DNA of 64,000 nucleotides, taken from assembly GCF_009914755.1 (NCBI RefSeq), contig NC_060942.1; one strand, given 5' to 3'. The notes beneath the pieces are model-generated. The model worked only from the letters and a program-made list of their open reading frames with translations, searched no databases and was not told the origin of the DNA. The stretch comes from the human T2T-CHM13v2.0 reference genome, Homo sapiens. Shown in pieces: positions 27,601-40,981 of this stretch; position 1 is the first letter of the stretch; each line of letters begins with the position of its first letter. The position numbers were made by a program, and so were the translations under genes.

Positions 27601-30600
27601 AATCAGTCAGTGTGAGCACACTGTTTACACGCTAACAGGATGACAGCACACACTGTGTGAAATCAGTCAGTGTGAGCACACTGTTTACACGCTAACAGGA
27701 TCACAGCAGACACTGTGTGAAATCAGTCAGTGTGAGCACACTGTTTACATGCTAACAGGATGACAGCAGACACTGTGTCAAATCAGTCAGTGTGAGCACA
27801 CTGTTTACATGCTAACAGGACGACAGCAGACACTGTGTGAAATCAGTCCATGTGAGCACACTGTTTACATGCTAACAGGACGACAGCAGACACTGTGTGA
27901 AATCAGTCAGTGTGAGCACACTGTTTACATGCTAACAGGACGACAGCAGACACTGTGTGAAATCAGTCAGTGTGAGCACACTGTTTACGTGCTAACAGGA
28001 CCACAGCAGACACTGTGTGAAATCAGTCAGTGTGAGCACACTGTTTACGTGCTAACAGGACCACAGCAGACACTGTGTGAAATCAGTCAGTGTGAGCACA
28101 CTGTTTACACGCTAACAGGATGACAGCAGACACTGTGTGAAATCAGTCCGTGTGAGCACACTGTTTACACGCTAACAGGACGACAGCAGACACTGTGTGA
28201 AATCAGTCAGTGTGAGCACACTGTTTACACGCTAACAGGACGACAGCAGACACTGTGTGAAATCAGTCAGTGTGAGCACACTGTTTACACGCTAACAGGA
28301 TGACAGCAGACACTGTGTGAAATCAGTCAGTGTGAGCACACTGTTTACACGCTAACAGGATCACAGCAGACACTGTGTGAAATCAGTCAGTGTGAGCACA
28401 CTGTTTACATGCTAACAGGATGACAGCAGACACTGTGTGAAATCAGTCAGTGTGAGCACACTGTTTACACGCTAACAGGATGACAGCAGACACTGTGTGA
28501 AATCAGTGTGAGCACACTGTTTACACGCTAACAGGATGACAGCAGACACTGTGTGAAATCAGTGTGAGCACACTGTTTACACGCTAACAGGATCACAGCA
28601 GACACTGTGTGAAATCAGTCAGTGTGAGCACACTGTTTACATGCTAACAGGATGACAGCAGACACTGTGTGAAATCAGTCAGTGTGAGGACACTGTTTAC
28701 ATGCTAACAGGACGACAGCAGACACTGTGTGAAATCAGTCAGTGCGAGCACACTGTTTACACGCTAACAGGATGACAGCAGACACTGTGTGAAATCAGTC
28801 AGTCTGAGCACACTGTTTACATGCTAACAGGATGACAGCAGACAGTGTGTGAAATCAGTCAGTGTGAGCACACTGTTTACATGCTAACAGGACCACAGCA
28901 GACACTGTGTGAAATCAGTCAGTGTGAGCACACTGTTTACATGCTAACAGGATGACAGCAGACACTGTGTGAAATCAGTCAGTGTGAGCACACTGTTTAC
29001 ACGCTAACAGGATCACAGCAGACACTGTGTGAAATCAGTCAGTGTGAGCACACTGTTTACATGCTAACAGGATCACAGCAGACACTGTGTGAAATCAGTC
29101 AGTGTGAGCACACTGTTTACACGCTAACAGGATGACAGCAGACACTGTGTGAAATCAGTCAGTGTGAGCACACTGTTTACATGCTAACAGGATGACAGCA
29201 GACACTGTGTGAAATCAGTCAGGGCGAGCACACTGTTTACACGCTAACAGGATGACAGCAGACACTGTGTGAAATCAGTCAGTCTGAGCACACTGTTTAC
29301 ATGCTAACAGGATGACAGCAGACAGTGTGTGAAATCAGTCAGTGTGAGCACACTGTTTACATGCTAACAGGACCACAGCAGACACTGTGTGAAATCAGTC
29401 AGTGTGAGCACACTGTTTACATGCTAACAGGATGACAGCAGACACTGTGTGAAATCAGTCAGTGTGAGCACACTGTTTACATGCTAACAGGATGACAGCA
29501 GACATTGTGTGAAATCAGTCAGTGTGAGCACACTGTTTACATGCTAACAGGATCACAGCAGACACTGTGTGAAATCAGTCAGTGTGAGCACACTGTTTAC
29601 ATGCTAACAGGATGACAGCAGACACTGTGTGAAATCAGTCAGTGTGAGCACACTGTTTACACGCTAACAGGATCACAGCAGACACTGTGTGAAATCAGTC
29701 AGTGTGAGCACACTGTTTACATGCTAACAGGATCACAGCAGACACTGTGTGAAATCAGTCAGTGTGAGCACACTGTTTACATGCTAACAGGATGACAGCA
29801 GACACTGTGTGAAATCAGTCAGTGTGAGCACACTGTTTACACGCTAACAGGATCACAGCAGACACTGTGTGAAATCAGTCAGTGTGAGCACACTGTTTAC
29901 ATGCTAACAGGATGACAGCAGACACTGTGTGAAATCAGTCCGTGTGAGCACACTGTTTACATGTTAACAGGACGACAGCAGACACTGTGTGAAATCAGTC
30001 AGTGTGAGCACACTGTTTACATGCTAACAGGATGACAGCAGACACTGTGTGAAATCAGTCAGTGTGAGCACACTGTTTACGTGCTAACAGGATGACAGCA
30101 GACACTGTGTGAAATCAGTCAGTGTGAGCACACTGTTTACATGCTAACAGGACGACAGCAGACACTGTGTGAAATCAGTCCGTGTGAGCACACTGTTTAC
30201 ATGCTAACAGGATGACAGCAGACACTGTGTGAAATCAGTCAGTGTGAGCACACTGTTTACACGCTAACAGGATGACAGCAGACACTGTGTGAAATCAGTC
30301 AGTGTGAGCCCACTGTTTACATGCTAACAGGATGACAGCAGACACTGTGTGAAATCAGTCAGTGTGAGCACACTGTTTACACGCTAACAGGACGACAGCA
30401 GACACTGTGTGAAATCAGTCAGTGTGAGCACACTGTTTACATGCTAACAGGATGACAGCAGACACTGTGTGAAATCAGTCAGTGTGAGCACACTGTTTAC
30501 GTGCTAACAGGACCACAGCAGACACTGTGTGAAATCAGTCAGTGTGGGCACACTGTTTACATGCTAACAGGATGACAGCAGACACTGTGTGAAATCAGTC

Positions 30601-33600
30601 AGTGTGAGCACACTGTTTACATGCTAACAGGATGACAGCAGACACTGTGTGAAATCAGTCAGTGTGAGCACACTGTTTACACGCTAACAGGACGACAGCA
30701 GACACTGTGTGAAATCAGTCAGTGTGAGCACACTGTTTACATGCTAACAGGATGACAGCAGACACTGTGTGAAATCAGTCCGTGAGAGCACACTGTTTAC
30801 ATGCTAACAGGATGACAGCAGACACTGTGTGAAATCAGTCAGTGTGAGCACACTGTTTACACGCTAACAGGACGACAGCAGACACTGTGTGAAATCAGTC
30901 CGTGTGAGCACACTGTTTACACGCTAACAGGATGACAGCAGACACTGTGTGAAATCAGTCCGTGTGAGCACACTGTTTACACGCTAACAGGATGACAGCA
31001 GACACTGTGTGAAATCAGTCAGTGTGAGCACACTGTTTACACGCTAACAGGACGACAGCAGACACTGTGTGAAATCAGTCAGTGTGAGCACACTGTTTAC
31101 ATGCTAACAGGATCACAGCAGACACTGTGTGAAATCAGTCAGTGTGAGCACACTGTTTACATGCTAACAGGACGACAGCAGACACTGTGTGAAATCAGTC
31201 AGTGTGAGCACACTGTTTACATGCTAACAGGATGACAGCAGACACTGTGTGAAATCAGTCAGTGTGAGCACACTGTTTACACGCTAACAGGACGACAGCA
31301 GACACTGTGTGAAATCAGTCAGTGTGAGCACACTGTTTACATGCTAACAGGATCACAGCAGACACTGTGTGAAATCAGTCAGTGTGAGCACACTGTTTAC
31401 ATGCAAACAGGACGACAGCAGACACTGTGTGAAATCAGTCAGTGTGAGCACACTGTTTACACGCTAACAGGATGACAGCAGACACTGTGTGAAATCAGTC
31501 AGTGTGAGCACACTGTTCACACGCTAACAGGATGACAGCAGACACTGTGTGAAATCAGTCAGTGTGAGCACACTGTTTACACGCTAACAGGACCACAGCA
31601 GACACTGTGTGAAATCAGTCAGTGTGAGCACACTGTTTACACGCTAACAGGACGACAGCAGACACTGTGTGAAATCAGTCAGTGTGAGCACACTGTTTAC
31701 ATGCTAACAGGATGACAGCAGACACTGTGTGAAATCAGTCAGTGTGAGCACACTGTTTACACGCTAACAGGACGACAGCAGACACTGTGTGAAATCAGTC
31801 AGTGTGAGCACACTGTTTACATGCTAACAGGATCACAGCAGACACTGTGTGAAATCAGTCAGTGTGAGCACACTGTTTACATGCTAACAGGACGACAGCA
31901 GACACTGTGTGAAATCAGTCAGTGTGAGCACACTGTTTACATGCTAACAGGATCACAGCAGACACTGTGTGAAATCAGTCCGTGAGAGCACACTGTTTAC
32001 ATGCTAACAGGACGACAGCAGACACTGTGTGAAATCAGTCAGTGTGAGCACACTGTTTACATGCTAACAGGATGACAGCAGACACTGTGTGAAATCAGTC
32101 AGTGTGAGCACACTGTTTACATGCTAACAGGACGACAGCAGACACTGTGTGAAATCAGTCCGTGTGAGCACACTGTTTACATGCTAACAGGATGACAGCA
32201 GACACTGTGTGAAATCAGTCAGTGTGAGCACACTGTTTACATGCTAACAGGATCATAGCAGACACTGTGTGAAATCAGTCCGTGTGAGCACACTGTTTAC
32301 ATGCTAACAGGATGACAGCAGACACTGTGTGAAATCAGTCAGTGTGAGCACACTGTTTACATGCTAACAGGATCACAGCAGACACTGTGTGAAATCAGTC
32401 AGTCTGAGCACACTGTTTACATGCTAACAGGATCACAGCAGACATTGTGTGAAATCAGTCAGTGTGAGCACACTGTTTACATGCTAACAGGATGACAGCA
32501 GACATTGTGTGAAATCAGTCAGTGTGAGCACACTGTTTACACGCTAACAGGATGACAGCAGACATTGTGTGAAATCAGTCAGTGTGAGCACACTGTTTAC
32601 ACGCTAACAGGATGACCGCAGACAGTGTGTGAAATCAGTCAGTGTGAGCACACTGTTTACATGCTAACAGGATGACAGCAGACACTGTGTGAAATCAGTC
32701 AGTGTGAGCACACTGTTTACACGCTAACAGGATCACAGCAGACACTGTGTGAAATCAGTCAGTGTGAGCACACTGTTTACATGCTAACAGGACGACAGCA
32801 GACACTGTGTGAAATCAGTCCGTGTGAGCACACTGTTTACATGCTAACAGGATGACAGCAGACACTGTGTGAAATCAGTCAGTGTGAGCCCACTGTTTAC
32901 ACGCTAACAGGACGACAGCAGACACTGTGTGAAATCAGTCAGTGTGAGCACACTGTTTACACGCTAACAGGATGACAGCAGACACTGTGTGAAATCAGTC
33001 AGTGTGAGCACACTGTTTACACGCTAACAGGACGACAGCAGACACTGTGTGAAATCAGTCAGTGTGAGCACACTGTTTACACGCTAACAGGATCACAGCA
33101 GACACTGTGTGAAATCAGTCAGTGTGAGCACACTGTTTACGTGCTAACAGGACCACAGCAGACACTGTGTGAAATCAGTCAGTGTGAGCACACTGTTTAC
33201 ATGCTAACAGGACCACAGCAGACACTGTGTGAAATCAGTCAGTGTGAGCACACTGTTTACATGCTAACAGGATGACAGCAGACATTGTGTGAAATCAGTC
33301 AGTGTGAGCACACTGTTTACACGCTAACAGGATGACAGCAGACATTGTGTGAAATCAGTCAGTGTGAGCACACTGTTTACACGCTAACAGGATGACCGCA
33401 GACAGTGTGTGAAATCAGTCAGTGTGAGCACACTGTTTACATGCTAACAGGATGACAGCAGACACTGTGTGAAATCAGTCAGTGTGAGCACACTGTTTAC
33501 ACGCTAACAGGATCACAGCAGACACTGTGTGAAATCAGTCAGTGTGAGCACACTGTTTACATGCTAACAGGACGACAGCAGACACTGTGTGAAATCAGTC

Positions 33601-36600
33601 CGTGTGAGCACACTGTTTACATGCTAACAGGATGACAGCAGACACTGTGTGAAATCAGTCAGTGTGAGCCCACTGTTTACACGCTAACAGGACGACAGCA
33701 GACACTGTGTGAAATCAGTCAGTGTGAGCACACTGTTTACACGCTAACAGGATGACAGCAGACACTGTGTGAAATCAGTCAGTGTGAGCACACTGTTTAC
33801 ACGCTAACAGGACGACAGCAGACACTGTGTGAAATCAGTCAGTGTGAGCACACTGTTTACACGCTAACAGGATCACAGCAGACACTGTGTGAAATCAGTC
33901 AGTGTGAGCACACTGTTTACATGCTAACAGGATGACAGCAGACATTGTGTGAAATCAGTCAGTGTGAGCACACTGTTTACACGCTAACAGGATGACAGCA
34001 GACATTGTGTGAAATCAGTCAGTGTGAGCACACTGTTTACACGCTAACAGGATGACCGCAGACAGTGTGTGAAATCAGTCAGTGTGAGCACACTGTTTAC
34101 GTGCTAACAGGATGACAGCAGACACTGTGTGAAATCAGTCAGTGTGAGCACACTGTTTACGTGCTAACAGGACCACAGCAGACACTGTGTGAAATCAGTC
34201 AGTGTGAGCACACTGTTTACGTGCTAACAGGACCACAGCAGACACTGTGTGAAATCAGTCAGTGTGAGCACACTGTTTACACGCTAACAGGATGACAGCA
34301 GACACTGTGTGAAATCAGTCCGTGTGAGCACACTGTTTACACGCTAACAGGACGACAGCACTGTGTGAAATCAGTCAGTGTGAGCACACTGTTTACACGC
34401 TAACAGGACGACAGCAGACACTGTGTGAAATCAGTCCGTGTGAGCACACTGTTTACATGCTAACAGGACCACAGCAGACACTGTGTGAAATCAGTCAGTG
34501 TGAGCACACTGTTTACACGCTAACAGGATGACAGCAGACACTGTGTGAAATCAGTCAGTGTGAGCACACTGTTTACACGCTAACAGGATCACAGCAGACA
34601 CTGTGTGAAATCAGTCAGTGTGAGCACACTGTTTACATGCTAACAGGATGACAGCAGACATTGTGTGAAATCAGTCAGTGTGAGCACACTGTTTACATGC
34701 TAACAGGATCATAGCAGACACTGTGTGAAATCAGTCAGTGTGAGCACACTGTTTACATGCTAACAGGATCACAGCAGACACTGTGTGAAATCAGTCAGTG
34801 TGAGCACACTGTTTACACGCTAACAGGATGACAGCAGACATTGTGTGAAATCAGTCAGTGTGAGCACACTGTTTACACGCTAACAGGATGACAGCAGACA
34901 CTGTGTGAAATCAGTCAGTGTGAGCACACTGTTTACACGCTAACAGGATCACAGCAGACACTGTGTGAAATCAGTCAGTGTGAGCACACTGTTTACACGC
35001 TAACAGGATGACAGACACTGTGTGAAATCAGTCAGTGTGAGCCCACTGTTTACACGCTAACAGGATGACAGCAGACACTGTGTGAAATCAGTCAGTGTGA
35101 GCACACTGTTTACATGCTAACAGGATGACAGCAGACACTGTGTGAAATCAGTCAGTGTGAGCACACTGTTTACACGCTAACAGGACGACAGCAGACACTG
35201 TGTGAAATCAGTCAGTGTGAGCCCACTGTTTACATGCTAACAGGACGACAGCAGACACTGTGAAATCAGTCAGTGTGAGCACACTGTTTACACGCTAACA
35301 GGATGACAGCAGACACTGTGTGAAATCAGTCAGTGTGAGCCCACTGTTTACATGCTAACAGGATGACAGCAGACACTGTGTGAAATCAGTCAGTGTGAGC
35401 ACACTGTTTACACGCTAACAGGATGACAGCAGACACTGTGTGAAATCAGTCAGTGTGAGCACACTGTTTACACGCTAACAGGATGACAGCAGACACTGTG
35501 TGAAATCAGTCAGTGTGAGCCCACTGTTTACACGCTAACAGGATGACAGCAGACACTGTGTGAAATCAGTCAGTGTGAGCACACTGTTTACATGCTAACA
35601 GGATGACAGCAGACACTGTGTGAAATCAGTCAGTGTGAGCACACTGTTTACACGCTAACAGGACGACAGCAGACACTGTGTGAAATCAGTCAGTGTGAGC
35701 CCACTGTTTACATGCTAACAGGACAACAGCAGACACTGTGAAATCAGTCAGTGTGAGCACACTGTTTACACGCTAACAGGATGACAGCAGACACTGTGTG
35801 AAATCAGTCCGTGTGAGCACACTGTTTACATGCTAACAGGACGACAGCAGACACTGTGTGAAATCAGTCCGTGTGAGCCCACTGTTTACATGCTAACAGG
35901 ATGACAGCAGACACTGTGTGAAATCAGTCCGTGTGAGCACACTGTTTACATGCTAACAGGATCATAGCAGACACTGTGTGAAATCAGTCAGTGTGAGCAC
36001 ACTGTTTACATGCTAACAGGACCACAGCAGACACTGTGTGAAATCAGTGAGTGTGAGCACACTGTTTACATGCTAACAGGATGACAGCAGACACTGTGTG
36101 AAATCAGTCAGTGTGAGCACACTGTTTACACGCTAACAGGATCACAGCAGACACTGTGTGAAATCAGTCAGTGTGAGCACACTGTTTACATGCTAACAGG
36201 ACGACAGCAGACACTGTGTGAAATCAGTCCGTGTGAGCACACTGTTTACATGCTAACAGGACGACAGCAGACACTGTGTGAAATCAGTCAGTGTGAGCAC
36301 ACTGTTTACACGCTAACAGGATGACAGCAGACATTGTGTGAAATCAGTCAGTGTGAGCACACTGTTTACACGCTAACAGGATGACAGCAGACACTGTGTG
36401 AAATCAGTCAGTGTGAGCACACTGTTTACATGCTAACAGGATGACAGCAGACACTGTGTGAAATCAGTCAGTGTGAGCACACTGTTTACACGCTAACAGG
36501 ACGACAGCAGACACTGTGTGAAATCAGTCAGTGTGAGCCCACTGTTTACATGCTAACAGGATCACAGCAGACACTGTGTGAAATCAGTCAGTGTGAGCAC

Positions 36601-37380
36601 ACTGTTTACACGCTAATAGGATCACAGCAGACATTGTGTGAAATCAGTCAGTGTGAGCACACTGTTTACATGCTAACAGGATGACAGCAGACATTGTGTG
36701 AAATGAGTCAGTGTGAGCACACTGTTTACACGCTAACAGGACGACAGCAGACACTGTGTGAAATCAGTCAGTGCGAGCACACTGTTTACATGCTAACAGG
36801 ATGACAGCAGACATTGTGTGAAATCAGTCAGTGTGAGCACACTGTTTACATGCTAACAGGACGACAGCAGACACTGTGTGAAATCAGTCAGTGTGAGCAC
36901 ACTGTTTACACGCTAACAGGATCATAGCAGACACTGTGTGAAATCAGTGTGAGCACACTGTTTACACGCTAACAGGACGACAGCAGACACTGTGTGAAAT
37001 CAGTCAGTGTGAGCCCACTGTTTACATGCTAACAGGATCACAGCAGACACTGTGTGAAATCAGTGTGAGCACACTGTTTACACGCTAATAGGATCACAGC
37101 AGACATTGTGTGAAATCAGTCAGTGTGAGCACACTGTTTACACGCTAACAGGACGACAGCAGACACTGTGTGAAATCAGTCAGTGTGAGCACACTGTTTA
37201 CACGCTAACAGGATGTCAGCAGACAGTGTGTGAAATCAGTCAGTGTGAGCACACTGTTTACATGCTAACAGGACGACAGCAGACACTGTGTGAAATCAGT
37301 CAGTGTGAGCACACTGTTTACATGCTAACAGGATGACAGCAGACACTGTGTGAAATCGGTCAGTGTGAGCACACTGTTTA
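18672..37380. repeat. Giant 60-bp VNTR, ~18.7 kb, ~310 copies
   Basis: Consensus ACATGCTAACAGGATGACAGCAGACACTGTGTGAAATCAGTCAGTGTGAGCACACTGTTT, near-perfect copies with a few recurrent variant positions and 56-bp units. Confidence 0.99.
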
Positions 37381-37465
37381 GAAACACAGATGGAGACAGC
37401 TGGAGCGTGTGTGGACGTGGACACTGTTTAGAAACACAGATGGAGACAGCTGGAGCGTGTGTGGA
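37371..37465. repeat. 50-bp tandem duplication at VNTR right edge
   Basis: acactgtttagaaacacagatggagacagctggagcgtgtgtgga at 37371 and 37421. Confidence 0.9.
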
Positions 37466-37569
37466 GGTGGGCAGGGGGACTGCGGCTTTTCTTACAAGTG
37501 TCACAGTCCTATTTAAGCTCGTATGTTATTTTGGTAAACACTTGAAATAACTGTTAGAAAGGAAACCTA

Positions 37570-38089
<520 letters not shown>

Positions 38090-39342
38090 TCAGCCTTTGA
38101 CAGTGGAAGGGAGGTCATTAAGGGCTGACTGGAGAAGAGTGATTTCCTGAATGGGTTGAAATAAATAATTTATTGCTGACTCTTGTCAACATCAGCCAGT
38201 CCTGCTCACCAGGCCCATCCCCTCCTCTGAGGGCAAATTCCAGTGGGGACTTAGGATGGCGGCACCGGGGAGACCAGGACACCGGGGACATCAGTTCTGC
38301 AGGCACAGCACAGCTGGAAGCACAGGGCTGGCCTCCCCGGCTGACCTCTGATCCCGGGGTCATCTGAGGCCCGTGTCCACCCCACCATCCTGCTGCCACA
38401 CACAGGGGTCAAGCGTGTTCCTCACAAGTGTGGCCTGGTTTAGGATCATGGTGATAAAGGGCTCCGTGTCACCGAGTGGGAAGGACAGAGGGTAAACCAG
38501 TGTTCAGCTCAGTGCCCCCATTAGCCTCCAACGGAGACGTCACGGCGGCACGGGATCCATGTGGATCCATGTCATGTGGAAAATCCTATCTGGAGCAATA
38601 CAGTGAGTGGGAATGTAACTGGGCACCCCTGCTCCAGCTGCCAGCAAGATCCTGCATACCTAGCAATTGACGAGACCTGCGCCTGCCCTGGAGATGATTT
38701 CAGGAGACTTTGCAGGTGCAACTGTATCTATCAGTAGCATGTAATCAGATGAAAAGTCCCAAATCCACCTGTAATTTTCACGAAAATAATAGGCAGGAAT
38801 GAGAAGCCACAGGATGCCTCACTAGTGGGCTCATGGATCCTCTGCCTGGCTCCCGCAGCCGGCAGGCAAATGCCCTCATGCTGATACTCATTGTTAGTTA
38901 AATTTTCATTGCTTTCAGAGCAATTGCTTAGTTTTCATTGCTTAGAGAGGCCCAATTTAAGAAAGTTTCATATCCCCACATCTAAGTGAACAGAACAAAG
39001 AAATTGAAGAAATTTTAAATCTCTTTTTGAAAGATACCTCTACATATAAATTTAGACAGACTTTCTATTAAGCAAAAGTTGGCAACCAAAATTTGCATTA
39101 AAAAAACTTTAAACTTCACAATTTATGTTTAGTATTTACAAGTGAAGAAACTCTGCAACCTATGACCTCACAGCACTCCAGTCACCTAACAAGGCAGAGA
39201 AGCAGAGAATAGACTCTCAGTTCTCCTGCACTTGTCCCAGTGTCGTAGCTACAACCGAGAGCCTGAATAGACTGTGGGTTTCCACTCACACATGGCCAGA
39301 CACCGTCCAAGACTCCGCAGAAACAGGCAAGCCCAGGCTCGT

Positions 39343-39805
39343 CTACTGCAATGAACCCAGCGTTGGTTTGGCATGAAGACCCCATCCTTTCAATGTAGAT
39401 TATTAAAGGTCATTTTCTTCTGCTGCAATGAACCCAGCGTTGGTTTGGTGTGAAGACCCCACCCATTCAATGTAATTTATTAAAGGTCATTTTCTTCTAC
39501 TGCAATGAACCCAGCATTGGTTTGGTGTGAAGACCCCACCCATTCAATGTAATTTATTAAAGGTCATTTTCTTCTACTGCAATGAACCCAGCATTGGTTT
39601 GGTGTGAAGACCCCACCCTTTCAATATAATTCATTAAAGGTCATTTTCTTCTACTGCAATGAACCCAGCGTTGGTTTGGTGTGAAGACCCCACCCTTTCA
39701 ATGTAATTTATTAAAGGTCATTTTCTTCTACTGCAATGAACCCAGCATCGGTTTGGTGTGAAGACCCCACCCTTTCAATGTAAGTTATTAAAAGTCATTT
39801 TCTTC
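39343..39805. repeat. 77-bp minisatellite, 6 copies
   Basis: ctactgcaatgaacccagcgttggtttggtgtgaagaccccaccctttcaatgtaatttattaaaggtcattttctt. Confidence 0.96.
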
Positions 39806-39964
39806 AGGGGTCCCTTCCTCCAACTTTAAATCTGGAAAACTAGAAAAGGTAAGACACAGACACCAACACTTTGACAATAGCAAATAGCTCTGGACAGCCT
39901 GAGGTCGGACGTAAGGAGGGAGAGGAATTAAAAAAAATAAAAAGGTGAAGCAGAGATGCAGAGA

Positions 39965-40981
39965 GGTAGAGGCTCCTCCTGCAGACATGGGGCCGAGGTA
40001 TATACAGTAGGTAACAGAGGGGCTCCTGCAGACGTGGGGCTGAGGTGTATACAGTAGGTAATAGAGAGGCTCCTGCAGATATTGGGCCAAGTTGTATATA
40101 GTAGGTAATAGAGGGGCTCCTGCACACACGGGGCCGAGGTGTATACAGTAGGTAATAGAGGGGCTCCTGCAGATGTGGGGCTGAGGTGTATATAGTAGGT
40201 AATAGAGGGGCTCCTGCAGACACCGGGCTGAGGTGTATACAGTAGGTAATAGGCTCCTGCAGACACGGGGCTGAGGTGTATACAGTAGGTAATAGAGGGG
40301 CTCCTGCAGACACGGGGCTGAGGTGTATACAGTAGGTAATAGAGGGGCTCCTGCAGACACGGGACTGAGGTGTATACAGTAGGTAATAGAGGGGCTCCAG
40401 CAGACACGGGGCTGAGGTGTATACAGTAGGTAATAGAGAGGCTCCTGCAGACACGGGGCTGAGGTGTATACAGTAGGTAATAGAGGGGCTCCTGCAGACA
40501 CGGGGCTGAGGTGTATACAGTAGGTAATAGAGGGGCTCCTGCAGACACGGGGCTGAGGTGTATACAGTAGGTAATAGAGGGGCTCCTGCAGACACGGGGC
40601 TGAGGTGTATACAGTAGGTAATAGAGAGGCTCCTGCAGACACGGGCTGAGCTGTGTACAGTAGGTAATAGAGAGGCTCCTGCAGACACGGGGCTGAGGTG
40701 TGTACAGTAGGTAATAGAGGGGCTCCTGCAGACGTGGGGCCGAGGTGTATACAGTAGGTAATAGGCTCCTGCAGACACGGGGCTGAGGTGTGTACAGTAG
40801 GTAATAGAGGGGCCCCTGCAGACATGGGGCTGAGGTGTATACAGTAGGTAATAGGCTCCTGCAGACACTGGGCCAAGGTGTATACAGTAGGTAATAGAGG
40901 GGCTCCTGCAGACACGGGGCCAAGATGTATGCAGTAGGTAATAGGCTCCTGCAGACACAGGGCCGAGGTGTATACAGTAGG
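39965..40981. repeat. 47-bp minisatellite (43-bp variants), ~22 copies
   Basis: gaggggctcctgcagacacggggctgaggtgtatacagtaggtaata. Confidence 0.96.

Noticed and set aside
18853-37336. Repeated ORFs MLTGRQQTLCEISQCEHTVY with Cys/His, superficially zinc-finger-like
   Set aside because: Artefact of a 60-bp unit; the common ggatga variant puts an in-frame TGA every few units and 56-bp units shift frame. Spacing does not match C2H2.
18672-37380. CRISPR-like array or functional RSS array
   Set aside because: No unique spacers, eukaryotic context, and no nonamer at 12/23-bp spacing from the heptamer.
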